A stretch of 64,000 nt of DNA from positions 1 to 64,000 of IMG/VR virus record IMGVR_UViG_3300036939_000023; one strand, written 5' to 3'. The translations under genes were made by a program, and so were the position numbers. Each line of letters begins with the position of its first letter. The stretch's first letter is position 1. The DNA is from a virus. This document shows positions 9,553 through 17,594 of the stretch, piece by piece. The notes under the pieces are model-generated. The model made no database searches. It saw nothing but the letters and a program-made list of their open reading frames with translations, and was not told where the DNA came from.

Positions 9553-10254
9553 ATGTACTTATTAACTACATTTAAACGTAAGAAAGGTGATAAAAATAAA
9601 CGAACTAGAAAAGACAAAGGACTAAAACGAACTACTAATAATAAAGCAGCTAAAACAGTTAGTACTAAAGTACATCACAATTATTTAAAAGCTAGAACAG
9701 TACGAAGTCTTACTGCTCCAATAGTAGATGCAGCTAGAGAAGTAAGACATTGGACAGCATTAGGACATGAAATGACTAAAACTAAGTCTACTAAGTCTAA
9801 AGGTAATGTAGGTAGTACAGTAAGAACAGCTAGAAATGCAGTAGGTTTAGTGAAAGATTTAGGGAGATTTAGTAATAATAAATTAATACAATTTAGAAGA
9901 AGTAGAAAAGATAAAGGTAAGAAAAGAGGTACTTATAATAAAGCATTAGGTGTGGCTAAAAAAGCAGGACAATTAGCTACTGGAGCTGCATTATTAGGTG
10001 GTGGATTATATGCAACTAAAAAGTTAGTTAATACTGGGTATTTACCTAAACTAATTGGTAAAGCTGATGATCCCTTAGTTAAAAGAAGTAGAGATGCACT
10101 AAAATCTAGTATGCATGAAGGAGCTACTAAAACTACTGCTGCAATTATTCCAGCTACTACTATTGGTGCAACTACAGTAGGTGCTGATTATCTAATAGAT
10201 AGAAAGAATGATATGCCACTAACTCGAAAAACTAGAAAATTATTAAGAGGTTAA
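9553..10254 (+). CDS. MYLL-leader polybasic glycine-zipper protein (two-unit)
   Basis: MYLLTTFKRKKGDKNKRTRKDKGLKR, internal NNKLIQFRRSRKDKGKKRG, then GAALLGGGLYA and TTIGATTVGA. Confidence 0.65.
   Translation: MYLLTTFKRKKGDKNKRTRKDKGLKRTTNNKAAKTVSTKVHHNYLKARTVRSLTAPIVDAAREVRHWTALGHEMTKTKSTKSKGNVGSTVRTARNAVGLVKDLGRFSNNKLIQFRRSRKDKGKKRGTYNKALGVAKKAGQLATGAALLGGGLYATKKLVNTGYLPKLIGKADDPLVKRSRDALKSSMHEGATKTTAAIIPATTIGATTVGADYLIDRKNDMPLTRKTRKLLRG
9907..9930 (+). repeat. exact DNA repeat (KDKGKKRG coding)
   Basis: 9907-9927 is identical to 8001-8021. 9910-9930 is identical to 18529-18549. Confidence 0.8.
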
Positions 10255-10256
10255 TT

Positions 10257-10583
10257 ATGTATTTACTAAATGCTGAGTTTAAAAAAAAGAAAGGTGATAA
10301 AAACAAGAAACAACGTAAAGATAAAGGAGTTAAAAGGAAACCTGGATTATTAAGTTTAAAACGTAAAGCTAGTTATGCAGGTCATTTAGCTAAAGGAATT
10401 GCCGGAGGAGCATTAGCTGGTGGTACATTAGCTGGGTTAGCTGCTAGCCCTATTCCTGCTTTAATACCTGCTGCTGCTAGTTTAGGGGCTGTTGATGGAG
10501 CTATTAAAGGTGCTGTGGGTAGTAGTGCAGTTTATGGTCTTAAAAAAGGATTACAAGAACGTCGTAAAAATAAGAAAAAATAG
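10257..10583 (+). CDS. MYLL-leader glycine-zipper protein
   Basis: MYLLNAEFKKKKGDKNKKQRKDKGVKR, then GIAGGALAGGTLAGLAASPIPALIPAAASLGAVDGAIKGAVG. Confidence 0.65.
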   Translation: MYLLNAEFKKKKGDKNKKQRKDKGVKRKPGLLSLKRKASYAGHLAKGIAGGALAGGTLAGLAASPIPALIPAAASLGAVDGAIKGAVGSSAVYGLKKGLQERRKNKKK

Positions 10584-10585
10584 AT

Positions 10586-11416
10586 ATGTATTTACTACAA
10601 AAACCTAATTTAATTAATTTTGGTATAGTTAAAAGTCATCTTAGAAAAAGTAAGAAAGGTACTTATTTAGTAAAACAATTTGATAGAAAAAATAGAGATA
10701 AAAAATCGTTTATTAAAGGAGCTGCTGTAGGTAGTATTAGTACAATACTTATTGCTGGAGCAGCTAGTACTTTACATCCTACTGTTAGAAAAAGTATATT
10801 TAAAAATATAGATTTTAGAACTCCTAGAATTTTATTAAAGAAAAAAATTAAGGCAAACGATTTAGATTTTATTGAGAAAAAAGGGGCTAAAACTTTAAAA
10901 ACTCTTCTAAATAATTTAACTCCTAAAACTACTAAATCTTTTAAGGTATCTACTAATAAGTTGGAAATACTCAAAGATTTAGAAGAAATTAAAAAAACAA
11001 ATATATCCTTATTAGATAATTTAAATATTCCTGCTAGAAAACAAAGAAAAATAGAATTACAAAATAGACTTATTTCTGATGCTTTTGACTTTAGTAAATT
11101 AGAAGAAAATACTTATCCGGATTTAATGTTCAGAAGTTACAAAAATAAGAAAACAGGTAAACTTAGTGCTTTTACTTTATTAAAACCTAATAAAGAATAT
11201 AATGCATTAAACTTAGGTACTATATTAACTCCAGAAGGTAGTGATGTTAAAGGAGTTAAAGAAGTATTAGAGCATACTAGAGAAGTTAGTAGAAAGCTAG
11301 GTTACAAAGGTAGAATTGTAGGTGATCCAGATGAAAATGCTATCCCACTTTATAAACGTTATGGAGCTAAACAAATTGAAGGTACTAGATATTGGTTATT
11401 TGAAGGAGATACCTAA
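10586..11416 (+). CDS. MYLL-leader protein with C-terminal GNAT-acetyltransferase-like domain
   Basis: MYLLQKPNLINFG leader and AAVGSISTILIAGAAS. C-terminus KGVKEVLEHTREVSRKLGYKGRIVGDPDENAIPLYKRYGAKQ resembles GNAT motif A plus the xxLYxKxGF block. Confidence 0.5.
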   Translation: MYLLQKPNLINFGIVKSHLRKSKKGTYLVKQFDRKNRDKKSFIKGAAVGSISTILIAGAASTLHPTVRKSIFKNIDFRTPRILLKKKIKANDLDFIEKKGAKTLKTLLNNLTPKTTKSFKVSTNKLEILKDLEEIKKTNISLLDNLNIPARKQRKIELQNRLISDAFDFSKLEENTYPDLMFRSYKNKKTGKLSAFTLLKPNKEYNALNLGTILTPEGSDVKGVKEVLEHTREVSRKLGYKGRIVGDPDENAIPLYKRYGAKQIEGTRYWLFEGDT

Positions 11417-12036
11417 TGTATCAGATTAAGTATACTAGCATTGATTCAATTAGAAGACGATTAAGAAGCCGACTTAAAGTAGACTTTTTAGGTATACCTT
11501 CGCCGTATACTAATCAAGAAATAGCTACTAAAAGTATCGATGATGAAACAATCTTAGATGTAATAGAAGATAATGAAGCTTACTTGGATTACTTCTTAAG
11601 CTTAGTTTATGTACTGCCACTACTTCATAAACACAGGATATTACAAACTTGCGTTGATAGCTTAGTAATTGCTGATTTAATGTCAATACATTTTACTAAT
11701 TTTAGTGAAAATACTGATGGTAGTAAATATGGTGTTGGCAATAGAAATCAAGCAATACAGATAATTAAACAGTTAACATTTGGATTAAATATTTCACTAG
11801 ATTTACCTAATGAAAGTAGTACTAATCCTTATGTTTACAATCAAGCAATTATATTACCTAACGAAACATTAGTTACTAGTAGAAACAATGTAATTAATGA
11901 AAAACAAATTAGTGTTAATAGTTATAACACATTAGCTGGTAGAGAAGGAATTAACTTTGGTGTTGATGATTATACTACTAGAGATAAGTATGCACCTAGA
12001 GCTAGAGATTTAGAAAGAAGACATTACTTTTACTAA
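11416..12036 (+). CDS. head-tail adaptor candidate (Mu gp36/DUF1320-like pattern)
   Basis: DDETILDVIEDNEAYLDYFLSLVYVLPL...VIADL follows the DUF1320-type pattern. TAATG overlap with the upstream gene. Confidence 0.35.
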   Translation: MYQIKYTSIDSIRRRLRSRLKVDFLGIPSPYTNQEIATKSIDDETILDVIEDNEAYLDYFLSLVYVLPLLHKHRILQTCVDSLVIADLMSIHFTNFSENTDGSKYGVGNRNQAIQIIKQLTFGLNISLDLPNESSTNPYVYNQAIILPNETLVTSRNNVINEKQISVNSYNTLAGREGINFGVDDYTTRDKYAPRARDLERRHYFY

Positions 12037-12086
12037 AATTATATTAACTACTGTGTTAGACTATTTGAAGTTTTGGGTATAAATTA

Positions 12087-12560
12087 ATGGAAAGAAAAGC
12101 ATTAAAAGATAAGTATAACGAGTACTACAAAGAATTTAAAAAGAAAGAGTTATATCAATTAAGTCAATTTGATAAGTTATTTATTTTAGTATTAGAAATA
12201 GCTGAAGATATTAATAAGTTAACACCAACAGCTACTAATGCTTCTAACACTAATGCATTAACTAATAAGACATTAGAAATTAAATTTAATAATAGTAATG
12301 TTAGTGATGTATTTACATTACCTAGTACTAATGCATTATTAATTACAGCTAAAAGTGATAAGAACTTAACTGTTAATTTACAGTTAGCTTATGTTGATAA
12401 TAAGTGGGTAGATAGTAATTGGATAGTAGATATTCCAGTTAACACTAATTTAGTAGTTACTGATTTTAGTGATTACAGTGGTTTAATTAACAGGAAAGAT
12501 AGCTGTAGATTAGTATCTAATGAAACTATTACAGCTACCTACTTAATGTACTACGTCTAA
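12087..12560 (+). CDS. hypothetical structural-module protein
   Basis: Track ORF; last + strand gene before the terminator. Confidence 0.55.
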   Translation: MERKALKDKYNEYYKEFKKKELYQLSQFDKLFILVLEIAEDINKLTPTATNASNTNALTNKTLEIKFNNSNVSDVFTLPSTNALLITAKSDKNLTVNLQLAYVDNKWVDSNWIVDIPVNTNLVVTDFSDYSGLINRKDSCRLVSNETITATYLMYYV

Positions 12561-12589
12561 TTAAGTTAATAATTATACAACAGAAAATT

Positions 12590-12620
12590 AAGGAGTAGTA
12601 ATGTTCTGCTCCTTTTATAT
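12590..12620. terminator. rho-independent terminator between convergent genes
   Basis: AAGGAGTAG (12590-98) pairs with CTGCTCCTT (12606-14), with one G-T wobble and a 7-nt loop, followed by TTTTATATT. Confidence 0.6.
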
Positions 12621-12661
12621 TGAGTTGTAAGACGTTGTAGTTGCTGAATGTACTATGTGAC

Positions 12662-12690
12662 CTGAAGATAGTTTCTAGCTGTTATAGGTC
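12662..12690. promoter_or_regulatory. conserved motif copy A (CTGAAG..TTCTAGCTGTTATAGGTC)
   Basis: Near-identical block at 62652-62690. Both abut the 3' end of a minus-strand gene. GACCT/AGGTC arms at 12659-63 and 12686-90. Confidence 0.35.
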
Positions 12691-12946
12691 ATTTTAAGGA
12701 GAATGTAGATAAATATTTAATCACAAGTTCTACATCAATTCCTCTAATAGTTAATTGCCTAACTACTTCTGCACTAAATACAAATACACTACCACTAAAA
12801 TCAATGTAATGTAAATATGATTTTATTTGCTCTATTTGTGATAAATGTAGATATCTATCTTGAGCTGTTAATAGGTGTTTTTGATACTTACAAATTTCAT
12901 CTATGTAAAACTTAGTATTATTCATTTTATTTATTCCAAGACTCAA
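12689..12946 (-). CDS. hypothetical protein
   Basis: Track ORF, overlaps the upstream minus-strand gene. Confidence 0.55.
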   Translation of the reverse strand: MSLGINKMNNTKFYIDEICKYQKHLLTAQDRYLHLSQIEQIKSYLHYIDFSGSVFVFSAEVVRQLTIRGIDVELVIKYLSTFSLK

Positions 12947-13427
12947 TCATTTCTTTAGTAATACTTCTACCATCTAAAGTTTTACCAATAGCTAATGCAG
13001 CTCCTTCAACTTTTTTTAATTCAGGTTTTTTAGGTTTAGGTAAAGTATTAATATAATTAATAATTTCTAACTCTATTAGATCTTGTAATCCATCAACTAC
13101 ATTTTTACTGCTATGTCCATCATAATCATCACTTTTATCTTTAAACTTTATATCTACTAAACTACAATAATCAACTAACTCAATAGGCAAATGATAACTA
13201 ATCTGTTTAATATCAGGATGATTTAATACTAATAAGAACCAACCATCCCAGGTACTCCCATCACTATTTGTATAAGTGTAATAGCAGTAATCCTTGTACT
13301 TAATACATAATGCTAAATACAATAAACATCTATGATCATATAGTTCTTCAAATGTATGATACCCATCACTAATTTGTCCTTTATCTTCTAACTTATTAAT
13401 CTCAATATTTAACTCAGTAATATTCAT
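12927..13427 (-). CDS. conserved phage protein (WDGH-type pattern), function unknown
   Basis: DGYHTFEELYDHR...STWDGWFLL...ISYHLP, a pattern I recall from widespread phage proteins of unknown function. Confidence 0.55.
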   Translation of the reverse strand: MNITELNIEINKLEDKGQISDGYHTFEELYDHRCLLYLALCIKYKDYCYYTYTNSDGSTWDGWFLLVLNHPDIKQISYHLPIELVDYCSLVDIKFKDKSDDYDGHSSKNVVDGLQDLIELEIINYINTLPKPKKPELKKVEGAALAIGKTLDGRSITKEMIESWNK

Positions 13428-13453
13428 GTTCTTAAATGTTTAAGATAATTATA

Positions 13454-13642
13454 TTAAGCTAGTACTGTAATAGTGTTAGTTTCATTATTTACTATTACTT
13501 GCTTATCTAAGAGTTCTTGTATTTTACTAAAATCATTATAATCATTTAAATTAATGTATTTAATAAAAAATCTATTAGTAATAATGTACTTAGACTTAAG
13601 GGTGTTAATGTCCTCTTTGTTAGCTACTAATTTATATTTCAT
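13454..13642 (-). CDS. hypothetical protein
   Basis: Track ORF. Confidence 0.5.
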   Translation of the reverse strand: MKYKLVANKEDINTLKSKYIITNRFFIKYINLNDYNDFSKIQELLDKQVIVNNETNTITVLA

Positions 13643-13672
13643 AATAGTAATAATTATAGTTTAGTTAATTTA

Positions 13673-14077
13673 ATGAGTATTAAAGAAATTTATAAAAATT
13701 TATTAGTTAATCGTTATAACAATAAAAAGTATTACAGTAATGCAATTGAATTTGATTATAGTAATAATGTTGTTAGAATAGCTAGTCCTAACTGTTCTAC
13801 TAGATTGATATTAAAACCAACCTTTAATGAAGGTAATTTAGTGGAGTTAACTTATGCACTTAGTGGAGATATGTTTGCATTTGTAGTTACTGAATTAATT
13901 ATAGATTATTTACTAACTCATAACAAAGAAGATAGTAAAGCCTACTTAAATAAGTTAGTTAACAAGTTAAATACAGAAACAGAAGTAGATGCAATATTAA
14001 CTAGTAACTATCAGAGTAGTAGTATTAATAAGATACTAGGTTACTTCAATACTTTTGTTAATAGTTACTGGCTTTAA
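13673..14077 (+). CDS. hypothetical protein (lone + gene in minus island)
   Basis: Track ORF, divergent from 13454-13642. Confidence 0.5.
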   Translation: MSIKEIYKNLLVNRYNNKKYYSNAIEFDYSNNVVRIASPNCSTRLILKPTFNEGNLVELTYALSGDMFAFVVTELIIDYLLTHNKEDSKAYLNKLVNKLNTETEVDAILTSNYQSSSINKILGYFNTFVNSYWL

Positions 14078-14258
14078 ATGTAATTGTATTGTCATCAGTA
14101 TTTAATACAATAGATTTACATATTAAATGTTTTTCTGCATAATCTCTAAATGCTCTTTCTGCTATTTGTACTTCAATCTCTTCTTCAGTTAAATTATGAT
14201 TCTTTAGTGCTACTTCTTCTAATTGTTGTAGCTGTTGTTTAAATTGTTTAAGGTTCAT
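14058..14258 (-). CDS. small MNL-start protein (paralogue set)
   Basis: Track ORF 14058-14279. The internal ATG at 14258 gives MNLKQFKQQ and an ATGAACCTTAA overlap with the upstream stop. Confidence 0.5.
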   Translation of the reverse strand: MNLKQFKQQLQQLEEVALKNHNLTEEEIEVQIAERAFRDYAEKHLICKSIVLNTDDNTITFKASNY

Positions 14259-14424
14259 TAGTATCCTCTTTAATATCAATTATAAATTTAACTTCAAAGT
14301 CCTTGCATCCACCATCACCTAAGTTACCTCCACCTATATCTAACCAGCTAATTTCAATTTCTTTACCTTTGTAATATTTATCTAAGTAAGCTTCTATTTG
14401 TTTTACAACTTCTTCAAGATTCAT
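14248..14424 (-). CDS. small MNL-start protein, 58 aa
   Basis: Hand-translated: MNLEEVVKQIEAYLDKYYKG... Below the track size cut-off; fills a gap in the array. Confidence 0.5.
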   Translation of the reverse strand: MNLEEVVKQIEAYLDKYYKGKEIEISWLDIGGGNLGDGGCKDFEVKFIIDIKEDTNEP

Positions 14425-14428
14425 GTTA

Positions 14429-14590
14429 TTAAATTAATCTAATTAAGTTATCTTCTACTTGAATATCTGTAACTATTGGATCGCAGTACTCACTAAAGTA
14501 ACTAACTTTTAATTCATTAACTTCAATACCTTGTTGTATTAAGTCTCTTTCAATTATTAATAACTTAGTAATTAGTTCTGGTAGATTCAT
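14429..14590 (-). CDS. small MNL-start protein, 53 aa, paralogue of 14601-14789
   Basis: Hand-translated: MNLPELITKLLIIERDLIQQGIEVNELKV..CDPI, compared with MNLNEFVKQIIAIEQDLIQQGLNTNKIEV..GDPI. Confidence 0.55.
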   Translation of the reverse strand: MNLPELITKLLIIERDLIQQGIEVNELKVSYFSEYCDPIVTDIQVEDNLIRLI

Positions 14591-14600
14591 ATACTTCTAA

Positions 14601-14789
14601 TTAATTAATAACAATATAACGAGTTGTCATAGTATCTTTTACTAAATCATCCTCTAAATATATTTCTTCTATACCTATAGGATCGCCGTAAATACCTTTA
14701 CATACTTCTATCTTATTAGTGTTAAGTCCTTGCTGTATTAAATCTTGTTCTATTGCTATTATCTGTTTGACAAATTCATTTAAGTTCAT
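14601..14789 (-). CDS. small MNL-start protein
   Basis: Track ORF; paralogue of 14429-14590. Confidence 0.6.
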   Translation of the reverse strand: MNLNEFVKQIIAIEQDLIQQGLNTNKIEVCKGIYGDPIGIEEIYLEDDLVKDTMTTRYIVIN

Positions 14790-14966
14790 TTAATTATCCT
14801 TATCTAACTCATCAGTAATAGTTGTAATAACTTTATTTACATTAATCTTATGTAACTTCTTAGCTGCAATATAACGATTAACTATATCTGTTATTTCTTC
14901 TTGTGTAGTAGCTCCTAATGAAACACAAATAAATCTAATCTGTGTTAGATCTTGTTGAGTTAACAT
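14790..14966 (-). CDS. hypothetical small protein, 58 aa
   Basis: Hand-translated: MLTQQDLTQIRFICVSLGATTQEE... Its TAA is adjacent to the ATG of the next gene. Confidence 0.45.
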   Translation of the reverse strand: MLTQQDLTQIRFICVSLGATTQEEITDIVNRYIAAKKLHKINVNKVITTITDELDKDN

Positions 14967-14987
14967 AATACCTTATTTACTAAAGCA

Positions 14988-15131
14988 TTATTCTAACCTA
15001 TAAGTTACTTCAATATAAGTGTCTTTACCAACTGTTTTAATTATTGTGTAACTTTTATCTTTTAGTACTAATCTATCATTCTTAACGTAATTATCTATAA
15101 ACTCATAAGGTATTAATATAACTGTATTCAT
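14988..15131 (-). CDS. hypothetical small protein, 47 aa
   Basis: Hand-translated: MNTVILIPYEFIDNYVKNDRLV... Confidence 0.4.
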   Translation of the reverse strand: MNTVILIPYEFIDNYVKNDRLVLKDKSYTIIKTVGKDTYIEVTYRLE

Positions 15132-15149
15132 GATAAGTATAATTATTAC

Positions 15150-15386
15150 TTAGTTAGTATATTCTTTAATTAGTAAATTCTTAAAGTCTACTACTAATTT
15201 AATATCGTTAAGTACAGTACTAATAGTTTCCATATCACCTAACTCAGTAATGTTAGTGTAATACTCAAATGTCTCTAAATAGTTAGTGGTAGTAACTTCA
15301 GTATCATCAACTTTAATTAAAGGATAACTACTACCTAGTAATAATCTAATCTGTTGTTTGGTTAAATTTAATTTAAATTTAGACAT
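15150..15386 (-). CDS. hypothetical protein
   Basis: Track ORF. Confidence 0.55.
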   Translation of the reverse strand: MSKFKLNLTKQQIRLLLGSSYPLIKVDDTEVTTTNYLETFEYYTNITELGDMETISTVLNDIKLVVDFKNLLIKEYTN

Positions 15387-15408
15387 AGTAATAATTTAGT
15401 AAATTCTA

Positions 15409-15582
15409 TTAATTATAACCTAATCTTAGTAGTCTATTTATATTTAGTTCTATTTGTTGTAGTTGTACTAATGCTGTTCTATCATTAGTACTTTGTCTTA
15501 ATACCTTTAACTGTTGTAATGCTAGATCATATTGTTTATCGGTAACTAACTGTTGTAGTTGTAGTAGTTGTTGTTTATACAT
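15409..15582 (-). CDS. hypothetical Gln/Leu-rich coiled-coil protein, 57 aa
   Basis: Hand-translated: MYKQQLLQLQQLVTDKQYDLALQQLK... Confidence 0.4.
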   Translation of the reverse strand: MYKQQLLQLQQLVTDKQYDLALQQLKVLRQSTNDRTALVQLQQIELNINRLLRLGYN

Positions 15583-15608
15583 GATGCACCTAATGATATA
15601 GATACATT

Positions 15609-15890
15609 TTAGCGGTTGTTTAAGTAGTTGTTCATGTTAGCAACTGATTCGTAATAACTTACAAATTTAATAACATAATCAATATCTTCTATCACAGAAA
15701 CTTTATTTGTATATTGTTTTAATTTATTTAGTATATTTAATGCAGTTAAATAATTATACTTATTAATAGCTTCAATAACTAAAGTAGTTTGTTGATTTAC
15801 ATAATTATCTTCATATTCATTGATTCTATTAATAATAGGAAAAATTACATGATATATATTATTGCTTAAAATCTGCTGTTGTTTAATCAT
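15609..15890 (-). CDS. hypothetical protein
   Basis: Track ORF, 8-nt overlap with the upstream gene. Confidence 0.55.
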   Translation of the reverse strand: MIKQQQILSNNIYHVIFPIINRINEYEDNYVNQQTTLVIEAINKYNYLTALNILNKLKQYTNKVSVIEDIDYVIKFVSYYESVANMNNYLNNR

Positions 15891-16086
15891 ATTGAGCTAC
15901 CTTACATGCACTAATACCTTCAATTAACTTTCTAACTACTTCAGCTTTAGTTAGTTTATAAGTTAAACAGTGTTGCTGTAATATGTCGTATTGCTCTTCT
16001 GTAATTTCAACATGTAACTTTTTAGTAAAATCTTTCTTCTTAGTATTCATAATACTCTCAATGTTTATATATTTATATGTTAACAT
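15883..16086 (-). CDS. ribbon-helix-helix-like DNA-binding protein candidate
   Basis: KKLHVEITEEQYDILQQHCLTYKLTKAEVVRKLIEG fits a beta-strand plus two-helix RHH layout. First gene of the minus island, divergent from 16126. Confidence 0.35.
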   Translation of the reverse strand: MLTYKYINIESIMNTKKKDFTKKLHVEITEEQYDILQQHCLTYKLTKAEVVRKLIEGISACKVAQYD

Positions 16087-16125
16087 AAAAGAGTCAACAC
16101 AAGTAAATGCTAACTCCAGAGATAT

Positions 16126-16884
16126 ATGAGTAATTATAACAAATTAAAAGAAGAACATGAAATATTTGATTTCCTTATTAAATCTAAGTATGCTAAAGAT
16201 TTAAGTTATGACTATGCGGATAATAGATGTTTATACTTAAACCAAGACATTGATATTCAAGTATTTAGAACAGAACTACAATACAAAGCTGATACTGTAT
16301 TTCTTAATGGTGAAAACTTTAATTATGCACTACAACGAGTATGTAAGCATTTAACACCTAAAGAAGATAATGTATTAGATAGTTATACATTAAGTGTGTT
16401 ACAAATCCTTCAGAGTAATAAATTAAATAATAAAGAAGAAATACAAATTAAAGAAATACTAGAACAATTAAACATATCTAAAATACTTTATAAATCTGAA
16501 GAACAAAAGGTAGCTAAATCACTTAAGCAACTAGGTTATGTGTCTAAGTTACTTAAGAATGAAACTGGTAAATACAGAGCATGGATCAAGGTGGAACAAG
16601 GTAGAACAACCCCCTTGATCGACCTAGAAGCCTTACTACAAGAGGAGAGAACAAGGGTAACAAGGTTAAACCTACTTTTAGATGAACATACTAAGTTAGC
16701 TAATAAACAGAAAGAAGAATTAGAACTTAGTAAACAAGAAAATACTAAATTGTTAAATACTAATTTAGAACTAGCTAATAAGATTAAAGAATTAGAAGCT
16801 AAATTAACTGAACATAATAAAGTAGAAGATAGATTTAGCACACCTAACAGATTTACTCGTACTCCATTAGATGATTTGGACTAA
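16126..16884 (+). CDS. hypothetical protein with C-terminal coiled coil
   Basis: Track ORF. Contains a GC-rich island with an inverted repeat (16584-16620). Confidence 0.55.
   Translation: MSNYNKLKEEHEIFDFLIKSKYAKDLSYDYADNRCLYLNQDIDIQVFRTELQYKADTVFLNGENFNYALQRVCKHLTPKEDNVLDSYTLSVLQILQSNKLNNKEEIQIKEILEQLNISKILYKSEEQKVAKSLKQLGYVSKLLKNETGKYRAWIKVEQGRTTPLIDLEALLQEERTRVTRLNLLLDEHTKLANKQKEELELSKQENTKLLNTNLELANKIKELEAKLTEHNKVEDRFSTPNRFTRTPLDDLD
16584..16620. repeat. 8-bp inverted repeat GATCAAGG / CCTTGATC in a local GC-rich island
   Basis: Arms at 16584-91 and 16613-20. Flanked by four (A/T)CAAGG(T/G) copies between 16586 and 16666. Confidence 0.6.
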
Positions 16885-16998
16885 AAGGATTAATTCTAAG
16901 GTGACCTTTTTAATAATCTAATGTAAAAAATTGAATAAAAAGTCCACCTAGTTTCGATTAGTTGCATATAATTTAATTAAATAACAATAAATATAACT

Positions 16999-17202
16999 AT
17001 GTATCTACTACTCGTAAAAACTCGTTTTTTAAATCAATTTGGTACTTATAGTAACAAGTCTAACAAATACGAAGGTAAGTTCTTCAAGAAAATACTAACC
17101 AAGGGTATAAGAGATAAGTCAGGTAAACAAGTAACAGATAAGAAACAGAAATTAGCAATAGCAATTAGTGAACTAAAAAGAGGAACTAGTAGACTTAAGT
17201 GA
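16999..17202 (+). CDS. short MYLL-leader basic protein
   Basis: MYLLLVKTRFLNQFGTYSNKSNKYEGKFFKK. No Gly-zipper. Followed by the HNH gene. Confidence 0.55.
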   Translation: MYLLLVKTRFLNQFGTYSNKSNKYEGKFFKKILTKGIRDKSGKQVTDKKQKLAIAISELKRGTSRLK

Positions 17203-17594
17203 CTAAGAACATTAGACTAACTGAATATCGTAATTACTTTAATAACTTTAAGAAATCACTACAATACAAAGAACTGCAAAGTTACTTAATTACTAAACAA
17301 TTAAGCTTATGTATTAACTGCAAAAAAGTTATTGCGTTAAACAAATACACACATTGTTATCATCTGTTAAGTCTTAATGATTTAGTGTTAATTGATAGAA
17401 AAGATTTAGTAATTAACTATAACAATTTTTACTTAAGTTGTAATAGTTGTAATTTAAAACAAAGTAAGAATAGTAATTTTAGTTTACTTAGTGAAGATGT
17501 ATTTAAGTTAATTAGTTTAGTAGAGTTAGCTAAAATAGTATACTTAAGAAATTATAAGTTAAATATAAAACATGTACTTATTAGTAGTAAGTAA
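17199..17594 (+). CDS. HNH endonuclease-like protein
   Basis: CINCKK...HCYHLLSLNDL...NNFYLSCNSCNLKQSK (CxxC..H-x-H..N..CxxCN). GTG start overlapping the upstream stop. Confidence 0.55.
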   Translation: MTKNIRLTEYRNYFNNFKKSLQYKELQSYLITKQLSLCINCKKVIALNKYTHCYHLLSLNDLVLIDRKDLVINYNNFYLSCNSCNLKQSKNSNFSLLSEDVFKLISLVELAKIVYLRNYKLNIKHVLISSK

